A stretch of DNA of 64,000 bases from Eledone cirrhosa (lineage: Eukaryota), in contig OZ024740.1 of the NCBI GenBank assembly GCA_964016885.1, positions 244,962,001 through 245,026,000 of the forward strand, read 5' to 3'. Position 1 is the first letter of the stretch. Each line of letters begins with the position of its first letter. Made by a program: the position numbers and the translations under genes. The notes under the pieces are model-generated. The model searched no databases, had not been told where the DNA came from, and saw only the letters and a list, made by a program, of their open reading frames with translations. Positions 15,885 to 31,995 of this stretch are shown here, in pieces.

Positions 15885-16260
15885 GTATAAAGCGGCGTTC
15901 TACTATCCTCAATAAAATACACACACACAAAAACACATGCAAATACAAATTCACAAACAAACACACAGTTGCCCACTGCCCTCCTCTACCACATTTATTT
16001 ACTCCCACGGCTTCAACAATAAACATCGAAAGGCGCTCAAAGAGTTACTACTACTTCCTATACATCACCACTATGTTACCCCATTTATACCCACCCTAAC
16101 CTTCACCTGTCCGACATGTTACTACCTCAAACACACCTTCATTGTGTATCTTAATGTTTGATAAATTCAGTGGCCAAATTTTAAAGCAATGCGCTCACTT
16201 CTCTAACACTCACTCTCTTTCTCCGTTTCCCCTTTCTTTCTCTCTCTTTATATATATATA

Positions 16261-17320
16261 TAAGGTAATGGATTCTTTTACAATGGAATTAGCTCGAAGG
16301 AGGAAAATACCCACTGAGCCGTGTATAAACTAATATGTATGTGATGAAACACAGATACCAACACATCTGTATATATATTGCAAAAGTAAATTTAGCCAGA
16401 TTGAAGTATTCTAATTATTATACTACAGTTTGTCCATATCGATTTAAAATAATAAATCAACAAAGACGAACTGCATTGCCAAGAGGCTATGATGTTTAGA
16501 CACATTTAAATTTCAAAATCAAACCTGTTCCGATTTTAAACTTTAAAATCCAAATATGTTTCGAGTTAAATAAGTGTAGGAATATCATGTCCTGCTCTCC
16601 TCAATAAACATCCAGGGACAAATTGATATGCTTCACTTCTAAATAATTTAAAAGACTGCGTGACGCACATGGTTTAACAGTATCTAGCTAGTCTCATAAC
16701 CGTACTGCTAGAAATAACAGTCGTATATATTTTAAATCGATATGGACAAACTGTAGTATAATAATTAGTATACTTCAATCTGGCTAAATTTTCTTTTGCA
16801 ATATATATACAGATGTGTTGGTATCTGTGTTTCATCACATACATATTAGTTTATACACGGCTCAGTGGGTATTTTCCTCCTTCGAGCTAATTCCATTGTA
16901 AAAGAATCCATTACCTTATTAATAACTGCTCCTAGTCTGAGCTGAAAGCCGCCTCATATATACGACTGTTATTTCTAGCAGTACGGTTATGAGACTAGCT
17001 AGATACTGTTAAACCATGTGCGTCACGCAGTCTTTTAAATTATTTAGAAGTGAAGCATATCAATTTGTCCCTGGATGTTTACTGAGGAGAGCAGGACATG
17101 ATATTCCTACACTTATTTAACTCGAAACATATTTGGATTTTAAAGTTTAAACTTATCTACGGAACAGGTTTGATTTTGAAATTTAAATGTGTCTAAACAT
17201 CATAGCCTCTTGGCAATGCAGTTCGTCTTTGTTGATTTATTATTTTAAATCGATATGGACAAACTGTAGTATAATAATTAGTATACTTCAATCTGGCTAA
17301 ATTTTCTTTTGCAATATATA
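16261..17320. mobile_element. two-armed insertion of a circularly permuted 513-nt hammerhead-containing unit
   Basis: The right arm repeats tttaaatcgatatggac at 16731 and 17244. The left arm 16261-16730 is the reverse complement of a different permutation of the same unit. Both ends lie in (TA)n. Confidence 0.8.
17077..17152 (+). ncRNA. type I hammerhead ribozyme
   Basis: Helix I GTTTA/TAAAC; CTGAGGA at 17082; helix II closed by GAG/CTC; GAAAC at 17124; GTT triplet at 17145-17147. Confidence 0.6.
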
Positions 17321-17330
17321 AATATATATA

Positions 17331-17481
17331 GAAAGGAGTAGGACCGCGACGGCTGAGCTCAAGCCGTTTCGACGGCTAATTCTGGGGTCCTACTCGTTCC
17401 TATTACCCACTCTACTACCCTAAGTATTGAGTACTTTGGTGCGTTATGGTCCACCTGGTTCCTTACCACATTTCCTTCGTT
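17331..17481. mobile_element. short fold-back element (copy 3, internally deleted)
   Basis: Same family; the centre of the palindrome has collapsed. Confidence 0.75.
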
Positions 17482-17735
17482 ATATATATATATATGTATA
17501 TATATCATAAAACATGTCTATAGAATCACAAGATAAAATATATACTATTTCCTCTCCCAATTAGCATAATTAACTATATAAAAAAATCGAATAGACCAGG
17601 CTATAAGAATGAGGCTTCTATGAAGAAATCTCCGACAAATAACCAAAATGAGCCCTTCGCGTCGGTCGTAGCGGAATATTTATCGAATTTTTCGACAGCG
17701 TAATCGCCCAGATACAGTCAACTAAACAGAATTAG

Positions 17736-19828
<2,093 letters not shown>

Positions 19829-20009
19829 TGTTCACTCTGATTCTACTTTACTCTCCATATCCTCACTCTCTCCTCTCTCCCACGCTCTTTCCCCCCACCT
19901 CTCTCCCCCAATCCAGTTTACTTATTTACAATCTTTTACTCTCGTCATTTCTCAACATTTCCAAATATTTCTCAACATGTTATGTACTAATTCTGCCTCC
20001 TTCGCCATC

Positions 20010-20159
20010 CCCTCACTACCACCGCTACCACCATCACTGCAACTACCACTACAATCACCACTATGGCTAGCCATAGCATTCCTCCCCTCCTATCATCACC
20101 TTCAACAACAACAACACTATCACTAATCCTACCATCCCCCATTATTATCACCACTTCTT

Positions 20160-20193
<34 letters not shown>

Positions 20194-20501
20194 CAACACC
20201 CCTGTCTCTATCACAACACCACAACCAACAACACCACTATCACTATCCATACCATCCCCCCACGATTATCACCACCTTTACCACCAACAACGCCACCACC
20301 ACCTCCACCTCCACCGCCACCACTTCCACCACCACCACCACCACCAACACCACAACCACCACCACCAACAACAACAACACTACCACCAACAACAACAACA
20401 CCACCACCAACAACAACAACAACACCACCACCACCAACAACAACAACAACACTACCACCACCAACAACAACAACGCCACCACCACCGACACCACCACCAC
20501 C

Positions 20502-20556
<55 letters not shown>

Positions 20557-20700
20557 CTACCACCAACAACAACAACACCACCACTACCACCACCAACAAC
20601 AACAACAACACTACCACCACCAACAACAACAACGCCACCACCACCACCACCAACACCAACACCACCACCAACACCACCACCACCAACAACAACAACACCT
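20010..20700. repeat. (CAA/CAC)n trinucleotide tract
   Basis: Direct inspection. Confidence 0.93.
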
Positions 20701-21119
20701 CTATCTTCTAATGCCCTTCATTCCCAGACATTTTGAGACATTCATTCACTTGAGTGTTCTGTTTGTCAAAAGACGATGTTAGATGTGATTATTTACGGAA
20801 ATAAACCCATTCATAAGACGAGACTCTATCAATAAGACGCTATGTGAGGAATTTTTGCTTTTAATCTATATTTTTGAGGTTGAAAAATTTAATTAGCATG
20901 ACTTCCTGCATACTGAGGCGGTGTAGTGGGGGTAACAATGCGGGGGAGGGAGACCGGAAACTGATAAATTGTTGACTGTGATGTAAACGTAGCAGAACAG
21001 ACATTTCGATCAAGTTTAGACGTTGTATAAAGCAATGTTTTTTGGTGTTTTTCTAATGTTTTTTTTATTATTATTATTATTATTATAGAGATGGTGAATG
21101 TGATGATTGAAACAAGCTG

Positions 21120-21330
21120 GCCATACTGAGCTACAAATAGCAATTTACGCTACCTTTCTTCACTGCACAGGACGCCATGCTTTGACGTATAGAGTTACGG
21201 CCCTTTCCATTCTGAGTTCAAATCCCGCCGAGGTTAAATTTGCCTTTCATCCTTACGGGGGTCAATAAAATAAAGTACCAGTAATGTACTGGATTATTTG
21301 CTGGCCTTGTGCCAAAAGTAGAAACAATTA
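21120..21330 (+). mobile_element. tRNA-derived SINE
   Basis: B box GAGTTCAAATCC followed by the family body and tail. Confidence 0.8.
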
Positions 21331-22202
21331 TTTTTTCAGCTTTTTAATTATTGTTTGTTTGTGTTTGTTGGTTTGTTTTTGTTGTTTTTTTTGTTTTTTT
21401 GGACTACTTGATACTTTAAAATTATAATTTTTAAAGGATTGGGGACATCCAAGGGAATTGAAATCACGAACTAGAAATAGATCTAAGGCGTGCAGATTGT
21501 GCATCGATGAAAAATCAAATATCTTACAGAGGTAACGCAACAATACTTAGCTGAACACGAAAGCCGATTTTTTTCCAAACGCTGTCCCCATGCCTCAAAT
21601 TATGGCTGCTGCTTTTGGTGGCCTTTTTTTTTCTTTTTTTTTTTTGAATCACACTTTATTAATGTTTGTGTTTATTCTGGACGATAATGTATTAACTTCT
21701 CGCTCCAATTAGTGTTTCGTGACTGCCTCAAACAATTCCATTAATACCTGCTATATTGGTGGCTACAACTTCGATTCATACCTAATATATATATATTTGT
21801 TTTGCGAGGTTTTTGATATGAAATCGTGTGTCGAAACAAATATTGTTATACTTGGGGAGAGTCATATTGTAATACTATTACCAGAAATAATAACAGAACA
21901 CACTCACTGTTTGGTTGGTTTTCGCTTCTGTATCTTTTATATCTCCATAGTTAATTCATTTGGTCCGCAATGTTTATCATTATTAAAATACATATATAAT
22001 ATAGATACAAACACATATATATATAGTCTAACAAAGTTCTTTCGTTGCACATCTGCAACATCATCAGTGGGCCTCCTACTTAGACTTACCTATGACACAG
22101 AGTACCTAGACAGCCATGATCTTAGCCGTTTCTGCCCCAGTAGACCCATAAAGGTAGACCCCCCCCCCCCACACACACACACATACACACACCATAACCT
22201 CA

Positions 22203-23605
22203 ATGGCAAAAAAGACTCCCATGGAAAGGTGGATTGGGTGGACCAAAGCCTTACGGACCCCCCAAAACAATGATCAGGTAAGAAAAATGGTCGCGCATGC
22301 AATAGGGGCTAGTATTAAAACTACCCTAAAGGGCCACATATTCAAATTCAACGAAAAGATCTACACCCAAAATGAAAGAGCAGCCATTGGCGTCAGCATA
22401 GCCGGAGACGTTGCCAACCTTTTTATGGTATGGTGGGAAAGGAAACTCAAAGATCTCCTTGATGAGAGCTCCATAGACCTCATGTACTCTCGTTACGTAG
22501 ACGATATTAATATAGTAATAAGGACACCCCACAAGAGAGTACTAACAAATATGAGTTAGAATGTAGCACAATGGAAAGCATCCAGCAGATAGCTAACTCC
22601 ATACACCAGAGTATAATTGTAACTATCGACTACCCTTCCAAACACCCTAACAGTAGGCTACCTGTATTAGACATGAAACTCTGGATTAACACTATAGACG
22701 AGAGGGCCCAAATTCTCCACTCACACTACGCTAAACACATGGCCTCCAAATACCTGATACTCAAAAACTCAGCAATGTCCAATAGTGCTTAGTTTAATAT
22801 TCTGATCGCAGACTTGGTACGAGTGATGAAGAACGTGTCCAGCATGTGCGACCCAACAGAAATGGAAAGACACATCCAACACTTCATCAACCGCATGCAG
22901 TTCTCTGGCTACAACCAAAGAGACAGAGTCAGAGTATACAAAGGAGCCATGGAGAAGTATAAGACCCTCATAGAACTGGACATGAAAGGAATTTGCCCAT
23001 TATACAGGAGCAAATCATGGAATAGCTTAGATAGGGCTAGACATAAGATAGGGAAAGCCACCTCATGGTACGACAACCAGAGATACCAGAGTGTCATGTT
23101 CGTGGACGCTACCTCTGGAGGGAAATTAGCTAACCAGTGTAGAAAGGCCCTGAGAAAGACCCACTTAAAGATTAAAGTGGTAGAAAAGCCAAGAACTACC
23201 ATAAAATCCCTGATCAGCAAATATACCCTTTTAAGAAAACCCACTGTACTAATAGGAAATATGTTATATGTAAAGTAAACCCCCAGCTAAACTGTAAAAC
23301 TAAAAACGTAGTCTATAGCATAAGATGTACAAAGGGTACTTGCAGAAACATGACAACAACATACATAGGTGAGACAGCTCGAAGCATAGGAGAAAGGATA
23401 CATCAACACTGGGGGGAATTAAAAGGACGAAAAAACGATTCAGTACAATACGAACACGCCAGACAACAACATGACGGTAACATAGACAACATAGAAATTA
23501 AAATAATATCTAAACAGAAATGACCCAGCAGGTAGGCAAATCAGAGAGGCAAGCGAAATAAAGCTTAGCAAGCCAAAGCTAAACAGAAAAAAATGAATGG
23601 AATAA
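22203..23605 (+). pseudogene. PLE reverse transcriptase (palm/thumb) + GIY-YIG endonuclease, frameshifted
   Basis: IYTQNERAAIGVSIAGDVANLFM...RYVDD; DYPSKHPNSRLPVLD; MQFSGY; NCKTKNVVYSIRC...YIGETARSIGERIHQH. Several stops and frameshifts. Confidence 0.9.
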
Positions 23606-23871
23606 CAACAACAACCAAACAAACAATACTGACTTAAGAGAAATATAAATAAATAAATAAATAAATATATACACAAGCACAATAGCAACGAACACATATA
23701 AACACACACTAGTAAACTAAGATAGAATACAATAACCAAAACAGTCACCCAAACACTATACACACACGCAAACGCATGCGCAGAGAAGAAGGCAAAAATA
23801 AATAAATAAATAAATAAACAGATAAAATAGAGATGGCGTAGACATACAATACAACAGGAGGAACATAATAG

Positions 23872-23915
23872 AACCACTGATGATGTTGCAGATGTGCAAC
23901 GAAAGAACTTTGTTA
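23872..23915 (+). ncRNA. minimal PLE-type hammerhead, degenerate helix I (inverted copy at 22030-22070)
   Basis: CTGATGA-T-GTTGCA-gatg-TGCAAC-GAAAG-AA-CTT; homologous to the better-paired copy at 55045. Confidence 0.65.
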
Positions 23916-26413
23916 GACTAAATATATGTTTTTATATCTATATTATATCTGTATTTTTGACCGTTGGTCAGTCAATGATAAACATTGAGGACCAAATGAA
24001 TTAACTGTGGAGATATAAAAGATACAGAAGCGAAAACCAACCAAACAGTGAGTGTGTGTGTTCTGTTATTATTTCTGGCAATATTATTACAACAATATGA
24101 CCTTCCCTAAGTATAACAATATATATATATATATATATATAGGAAAAGTAAATAACAACAACAATGAGTACAGTTACGAAAGGTGTTGGGTATTAGGTTC
24201 ACTCTTGAGAGTGGGGTGTGGGGGACGACGTTTATTCCAAGTATTAACAAATGTTTCATTGGTCCGGTGTGTCTAAAAACCGCTATCTGCAATGTGCCAC
24301 GACACTCGATTTTAAGTACAGTTTATGCCAACCAAATTCTCCAAATACTATTTCGGTTTAGATACTACAACGCGTTTGTATTTATAGTTACATGAAAAAT
24401 AACATGAATAATAACAAGAATGAAAGTATAGTGAGGAGGGGGATATTAATATTAGGATAATGGCATGAAATAATAACATGAAAAAAAGTGGTATGAAAAG
24501 ACAATAAGATATAGATTTCTTTCTCAAATAAAGTGAAATTTATTATATATATATATATATATATATGATAAATTTCATTTTATTTGAGAAAGAAAAATAC
24601 CCAACGACAGCTATTAGTGACTCCCAAAGGAAAGGGGAGATAATTTTGAGCATGCTTAGGGAAAGGCAAATTTGGACTATGCAGGCAAGGCACAACTATC
24701 GACATATTTCGGTCTTTGTTGATAGTTCGACATAAACACACACAACAGAGCTGTTCTTTTTCACTTCTTTACCTTCTTCTGACAGATGAGGAGTGTCGGA
24801 AGACTCCTTGTCTTATCTATCAGACAGAGCAGCGCCAGTGAATTAGATGTTGTGTACGTGGTCGTGGAGAGAGATGAGGATACTAGAGACCGACTCTTAA
24901 TTCGCCCGGCTATTAAAATATTATACCTGAACAGTTACTAACAAATTTGAAAATCACAAACAAAACACAACCATATGAAAAATGATGTACACAGCACTGA
25001 ACGATTGAACGTAGGATCAACGTAGAGTTATATATAAACTATATATAACATGTAGTCGGCAATAACACAGTCTAATATTGCAATATATCTACTGGTGTTC
25101 GTTCAAACTTACTTCCTCCACTTTGTACCGAAGCATTTTTTAATTCATTTAATATGTAACGGAATGGAATTTTGATTATTTTTTTAACCATTAAGATATT
25201 CAAATTTATTTAATCTGGTAATTACACTTCGGGGTCTTCGGAATTTCTTCTTGTACAGAAAACATCTATAAATGTCGTCGCTGGATGGAATTAGTGCAAT
25301 ATTGTACACATAAACACACACTGACATATAAACACAAAAATACGGTTAGATTGAGAGTCAGTAGTAATATTAAGATATACATTTAAATTGTTAAATGGAC
25401 ACAAATTAAATTACTCATTCTTTTTCTCTTTGTCTCAAATTTCCCTCAAATCACACTCTGTTGTCTTGAAAGAATGACATTAGAAAATATAATATCTTAG
25501 ATTCATTATATGAACATTTTTGCTAGAACGGGTTTAATCATAGATATGTTTGATCTCGAGTCTAAACAATGACATCATAATTACAATTTTGATGGAACAG
25601 TCCTATGAATTGTGAAGAAAGGATAATCAATTTAGCTTCTTCTCAGAATTTAACGATTTTTCTGTTTCTGAAGATGAAACTCTGTCTTTGGGATGCAAAT
25701 TTTGTTATGGCAAATATATATTCAATCAATGTTTAATCAATTTGGATTTTGAAGCTGTGTCGTTTGGTTTTGCTATCATTAAGCTATCTCTTCATTACGA
25801 GTATGATTATAATTGATTAACATTTTATGTGGTCTCACTACATTAAATATGTTAGCTACCTCTTAACTAAATGTTCTTCACGTAGAAGTTATCGCTGGGA
25901 AATTTTCGTATATCATTAATTCAAATCAAAGTCACTAGATTAAATATGTTTAATAGCAAACATAGTTCAGTAAAGCAGAAATATATGGCTAGCTTTTATG
26001 AACATTTATCAAAGGAAAATTCTTTTCTAAATCGGATTTATATCAGATTCATTACAGAAATATGAGCCCTTAAATCAATAAAGAGAATTTAATGAGGCGC
26101 TGAAACCTACATATCTTCATCAAATTGTGGCGTGTAGTTAATCGATGTGATTTTTCTAGTTATCCTCGAAATTAAGAATCGTAGGGTCTTGAAAACAGCA
26201 GTTCCCGAGGTCTAGTGTTGTTGCTACTTTAGTGTCATTAGCCTCACTCCACCATCTCCTCGATTTGTTTGCAGCTCATCTGCAGTGGACACTCATATGA
26301 GTTCTACTGCAACAGCCATATTAACTTAGCTTCCTTTTTGTACCATCAATCTTATTGTTTTTATTTTACACCCACAACAGGAATTGCATGTCCATACAGA
26401 CCTCACTTGACCA

Positions 26414-26492
26414 CATACGGGGTCGATAAAATAAAGTACCAGTAATACACTGGGTAATTGATGGCCTTGTGCCAAAAGTAGAAACAATTATT
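26414..26492 (+). mobile_element. SINE 3' fragment
   Basis: ggggtcgataaaataaagtaccagt...ggccttgtgccaaaagtagaaac. Confidence 0.8.
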
Positions 26493-26788
26493 TAGTGTAA
26501 CCTCTGTACTCACCAACTAGCCATACTGTACCACTAATGTTACGACAAATTAAGAGTCAATATCACTATCAATATCTCTAGCCTTGAAACTAGCTCCCCG
26601 TTGCTTCATATACTGCGGTACCAACGTCTAAGCAGATGTATGGGGCAACGGCGTTCGTACTCTTGTCATGTCCTTAGTTACTCTGCCCAAGGACATATTC
26701 CCATATGCCTTTCTGTTGCCACACTACTGGTCAGTGACCCTCGCCGATACCCAAGAATATAGAACCATATTAAAACAATGGAAAACAG

Positions 26789-28830
26789 ATCTTCTTCTTC
26801 TTCTTCTTCTTCTTCTTCTTCTTCTTCTTCTTCTTCTTCTTCTTCTTCTTCTTCTTCTTCTTCGCCCCCTTATTCCTGAGTGGGTAATGAGGGAAGAGTT
26901 CACAAACACTCCTTCCAGCAGGTCCTGTCAGAAGCAACTATCTCTAACAAATCCGACTGGATCCCCAAGTGAAACCAGCCAAGCTCATGGATGTTATGCA
27001 ACCATCTTGCTCGGGGTCTGCCCCTGGGTCTCCTGCCGATTGGTTTTGCCCGTAAATCTGTCCAGCGATTCTTTTCTGAGACGTTCTAACCACATGCCCT
27101 GAGTATCGGAGCTGTGATATCTCAGTTCGGAGAAGTAGCGGCCCTACCTGGAGTGACTCTCCAATCTCCGAGCTTCGCACTCTATCGGGTAACGTTATTT
27201 CAAAGACCCTTTGGAGGAACCCCATTTCGGCCGCTTGTATTCGCGATTGAATTCTTTCGTTCATTACCGAAGATTCATGACCCTAGGTAAGGGTTGGCGC
27301 AAATACCGAATTGAAGATAGTGAGTTTGGCTTTTACACCCACCTCCCTTCTTCTGATTACTGAAGCTGACGCGTTACTGCACCAGCTCCTGCTATTCTTG
27401 CACTAAATTCAGCCTCCTGCTTTCCATCACTCGTGAACACGGACCCGAGATACTTGAACTGCTCTACCTGCTTCAGTGGAACTCCATTCACATGTAGAGT
27501 GCACTATGCAGGCTTCCTTGTGAGGACAAGTGTCTCAGTTTTCGCAACACTGATTTTCATTCCAACCATGCAGCACTCGGCATCAAACCTATCGAGTACA
27601 AGTCGGCATCAAACCTATCGAGTTAAGTAACACCATGTCGTCTGCAAATTCCAGTCGACTGATTTTACACCCGCCAGTCGTGATAACACTTCCAACCCAG
27701 CAGCGCATGTCAATCCTGTTCATATAAGAAAGGAACAGGAGAAGTGACAGTATGCACCCTTGTCGGTGTCCGACTCCCACATTGAATGGTTTCGATTTAT
27801 CCGAATACAAATACTCGGGCATTCGAAAAGAGACATCAGAGCTGCAAGAAGCTGAACATCCCATACTCCTGCATAACATTCCACGACAGGTCCCGAGGGA
27901 AGCGGTCTTATGCCTTTTCAAGGTCGACAAAACAAGAATATACCTCTTGGAAATACTCCCACGATTTCACGAAGATCTTCCGCAGTGTGAATATTTGGTC
28001 GGCTGTGCTGTTCATCCGGTAGCTTGGACTCGACAATCTCCCTGCATTTCTTTGCCAGACACTTAGCATAGACGTTACCGTGGAATTGGAACAATCTCTC
28101 TTGTGTCTCCCTTTTTGAAAATTGGGTTTATCACTTCCGATCGCCATTGCTTCCAGAGATCCAGTCCACACGGCCACACGAGTCAACAAGAGAATACCTT
28201 CTCTATTTAAGGCTTTTAACATCTCGGACCTGATTTGATCTTTCCCAGCGGCTTTGCCACATTTGAGCTCTTTAACTGCTCTTGTGACCTCAGCCTGTGT
28301 GAGATTAGTCACCGCTCCCAGATGTACCTCGTTTACACCCGAAGATTGTGTTGTGATCATTGTGATGTTGTGATCATGTTTAGGAGATCAGCAAAGTATT
28401 CTCTCTACCTCGCGAGTATGCAACTTTCTGAAGAGAGAACCTCAGACGCGTACCTGATAGCAGGTGTGGAAGAAGGCTTCTTATTATGAGGTCGGTGGAT
28501 TGTCTGCCAGAACACTTTCTTTGCTGATCTGAAGTCGGATTCCAGCTTAACTTCAAAGTTCTCCCATGTCTTAACTTTGGACGCCTTTACTGTCTCTGCT
28601 GCGATGCTTCTTGCCTGCTTGTACTGCAAGTGCAAGAAGGAGGACTTATTTCCAAGCCAAGCTTTGTAAGCCTCCGTCTTTGCTCGGATGGAATCTTTGA
28701 TCTCTAGATTGAACCAAGTGGTCTTCCTACCATCCGGTTCCACACCAAGCCTCTTTCGCCCGCAGCAGTTAACAGCTGAACCAGAAACATCTTCAGTTTG
28801 CTCAGGGAGTTCTCTGAATTACGTTGTATC
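26789..28830 (-). mobile_element. decayed RTE-clade LINE (RT region) with (GAA)n tail
   Basis: KCGKAAGKDQIRSEMLKAL; STADQIFTLR..FVDLEKA; GHRQGCILSLLLF..FADD; IQAAEMGFL..QLRYSGHVVR. The (CTT)n at 26789-26863 is the 3' tail. Confidence 0.9.
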
Positions 28831-31515
28831 GCTCGATGTGGAGGTTATCGTGTATGGACCTGGTCGTGATTGCACAAGCTTGCGCTCACCACCTACCAGA
28901 TCCTCGATAAGTGCCAACCACTTCGCTTATACCTTGACCAAAATATTAAACTCTATGTTTAGCAGAGTTATGGGCCTGAAATTGTCTAAAGTATCCCTCT
29001 AGCTCATCAGCGTCACGAGGAGATTGCTTCGAGGAGATCGGAGAACAAGTCTGGCATAGCTATGTAAAACTCGTAGGGCAGACCATTCAAACCTAGTGAC
29101 TTGCGCTTCGTGCAGTCGACTAGGGCATCCCGAATCTCGGCTGATGTTATCAGCTTTTCGCAGCACTCGGCATCGGCTGGCTAGAGCCGCGGGAGACCGT
29201 CGAGGTAGAAACAGAAGTCCCCTACCGTCTCCGATACCCAACTCCCCACAAATAGTCGAACAACCGAGCAAAGTGCTAGAGAAGGGCCGCACACATCTGC
29301 CTGGAATCGTTCAGCACGTGTCGGTCCGTCAAAGACCGAATCGTGGTTTTGTTTACCTTGCCTCTCCACCATTCGGACCCATCAATGCAGCCTTCGTGTT
29401 TCACATTGAAGAAATGGTCTAATGTCATTCTCACCGCTAGCACTTCAGTTGCAATGCTACTTCTAATAGCCTCATCTAATTTAGCTACCAGCTGCCCCTC
29501 CTTTCTACTTTTTTTTCTATCACTACTTCTTTACTAAAACCTATTGAAACTACTCTAAACTCTCTCTTGAGAACACCCCGCCACCTGTTGTTGATGTCAC
29601 TCCCTGTCAATTTAAACTTAACTTAAGTGGTTACCCGGTCTCTGTATGCTTTACGCGCCGGGAATGACATGTTATGCTTTCAGTAACCAGCTCCTAGCCT
29701 ATATATTCTATCTAGATCGACCATGCAGATCACACATTTGTGATCTGAATAAGAGGCCGTTCGGAAATGTGGACAACATAAACTATCCTTATCTGCTGAC
29801 ACAACAAAAAACCTATCTATGCACGATCTAGATGACCCTACGCGGTTGGTCCAGGTCCATGCTAGCGCATTGGGGAAATTTAGTCGGTACCTGTCAAACA
29901 TTTGGAACTGGCTGATCAGGTACTTGAGGCTTTTGCACTCCTCGCTTCTATCAGCTACTCCCACACAATCCCAACGTGCATCTAAGATGCTGTTCCAGCA
30001 AACAGTAAGGGAAAAGACGTTCCCAGAAGAGCTTACAGACGCCTAAAAAAGTCCAGCCATACGGCCCTGGTAGACGACCAACTGTCTAAAGGCACCACTT
30101 TCACTATTGTTCATATCCAGGACCATCAACTTACCGTCCTGGTCAAGGAAGATTATCCAGGCCTTTCCTAAACAACACAACCACGCCACCTACCAGTCCC
30201 TGGTGACTAGGAGATGCGAAGACCTCTTAGTCGTCGAAAATGGGGGCTATTACGTGTTTGGCGGAAATCCTGGTCTCGCTGACGGCAGTCACATCCATAT
30301 TTAGTGACTTGAGGTCATTCAGAAAGCGACCCTACTTCCAGGACGACCCAGGCCACGAACAATTATGCAACCTACTTTTAAGATAGCCATATTGGCAGGT
30401 TGATCAAAAAAGACAAAAACATGGTGGGGCTACGTACCCTTCAGGCTCTGTTGGAGATCGGGTGGTTTGCTCTCCATATCTGGGAACCCTTTTAAAAGCC
30501 TGCTTGTCACTTTTACATTTGTGGTTGCCACTTCTTACGGGAACCTCTCCTTATTTGTTTTTGTATAGTATGTTTGTGGTGCCATTCGCACCATCATCTG
30601 TGAAGGTGCTGGTGGTAAAAACCTCCCCTCTGTCTCAATTTCCTCGCTTTGTGCTATGAGGGCCATCAGCTCTTGTCTGGCCCTTCTTATTAGCACAAAG
30701 TTTGGTATCTGTGTGTGATTAGTTGTTGTGGTTATGCTGTTTGTTGTCTGTGTGGTGTCTGCGTTTTCTGTTGTATGTGTGTGATATTTAGAAGACAAGG
30801 TCTCTGTGTCACTTTAAGATGTTTGTGCGTTTGTGTTTATGTGGGTGTTTATGTGTGTATTTGTTTAGGGAGGGAGATAGAGCGTGGGAAACTTTCCTCA
30901 TCTTTTACTTGCATTGATTCTGTCTTGGTTGTGGTTGGTGGTGGTTTAGCTGCTGCTGCTGCCGGTGCTGGCGTTGTTCGTTGTGCGGTTGTTTGTCCTG
31001 GCACCGGTACTGGCAGCAATGGAGGTTTGGGGCTCCCTGCCTTTTTCACCTATGGGCAAAAAGCTCGCAGCTGCGTGGCATCACCACAAATGAAACATTG
31101 CGACCTTTTGCTTTCAGTAATCACCTGTATCTCGTACCCGTTTGGTAGTTTGACGTGGTCGGGAATGTTTGTATGTCCTCTGGTTTGATCTGGGGAAGAA
31201 TCTCCATACCAGGGACGAACAATTTATCCCGCTTTGTAAATTTCATATCAAAGAGGGTGTCAGGGCCCTCTGCAGCCATGTAACTCAGGCTCCACCATAG
31301 GTCCAGTCCTGGTGAGATCCTGGGAACGCGTACCCTTACACTTCTCCCCATTTCGGACGGGTACATTATAATTTGGTACGACTTGCAGGGGACAACTGGA
31401 TGCTTGATAGCAAGGGCCTCAGTTTTGAAGAGCACCGAGAAACTCCCGGATTGTTTGACCCTTGCTATGTACCAAAATCATTTATGATGCATCTCAGTGC
31501 TTCCTCCACTTGTGC
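28830..31515 (-). mobile_element. decayed Tx1/L1-like LINE (ORF1 zinc knuckle, APE endonuclease, start of RT)
   Basis: ORF1 CFICGDATQLRAFCP at about 31.05-31.1k; probable ORF2 ATG at 30390; WTWTNRVGSSRSCIDRFF..SDH; FRPITLLNIEFNILVKV at about 28.95k. Confidence 0.8.
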
Positions 31516-31864
31516 TTATATATATATATATATATACACATAACGTATGTATATATATTTACAGCAAGCTTTTTCACATTTTCCGTTTCTCAGATTCCAC
31601 TTACTAGGTATAAATTAACCCTAGGCTATTTACTCACCTAAGTTACCCTGTAGTGACATCAAATCTACCACTACACGTTTGTTTACAAGGCCAATCACAC
31701 TTCTTAACCATATATGTATATATGGACGCGTAGCTACTTGTATAGTTGTAGTGGCACCATAATGACATGCGGCGTTTCTTAGGCATCTTAAACCTGGTAG
31801 AGCTCATCCCCTCTACAGGCGATTTCATCCAGAGAAGGGGAGAAAGTGAGAAAGAGACTAGTGC

Positions 31865-31995
31865 TTTATTTATCGACTTCGTAAAAAATGAAAAGTATAG
31901 GTGACAGATTTGAACTTAGAGGACAGAGAGCCGAAACGAATATTGCAAAGCATTCAAGCCGACGTTCAAATGGCTCTGCAAATTCGCCGCCCTTC
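31865..31995 (-). mobile_element. old SINE fragment
   Basis: gtgctttatttatcgac...agatttgaacttag resembles the family head and body. Confidence 0.6.

Larger units (their letters stand above)
21797..24120 (+). mobile_element. 5'-truncated Penelope-like retroelement (Naiad-like) with inverted 5' pLTR
   Basis: RT/GIY-YIG remnants inside. 21840-22070 is the reverse complement of 23875-24120. Both ends lie in (TA)n. Confidence 0.88.
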
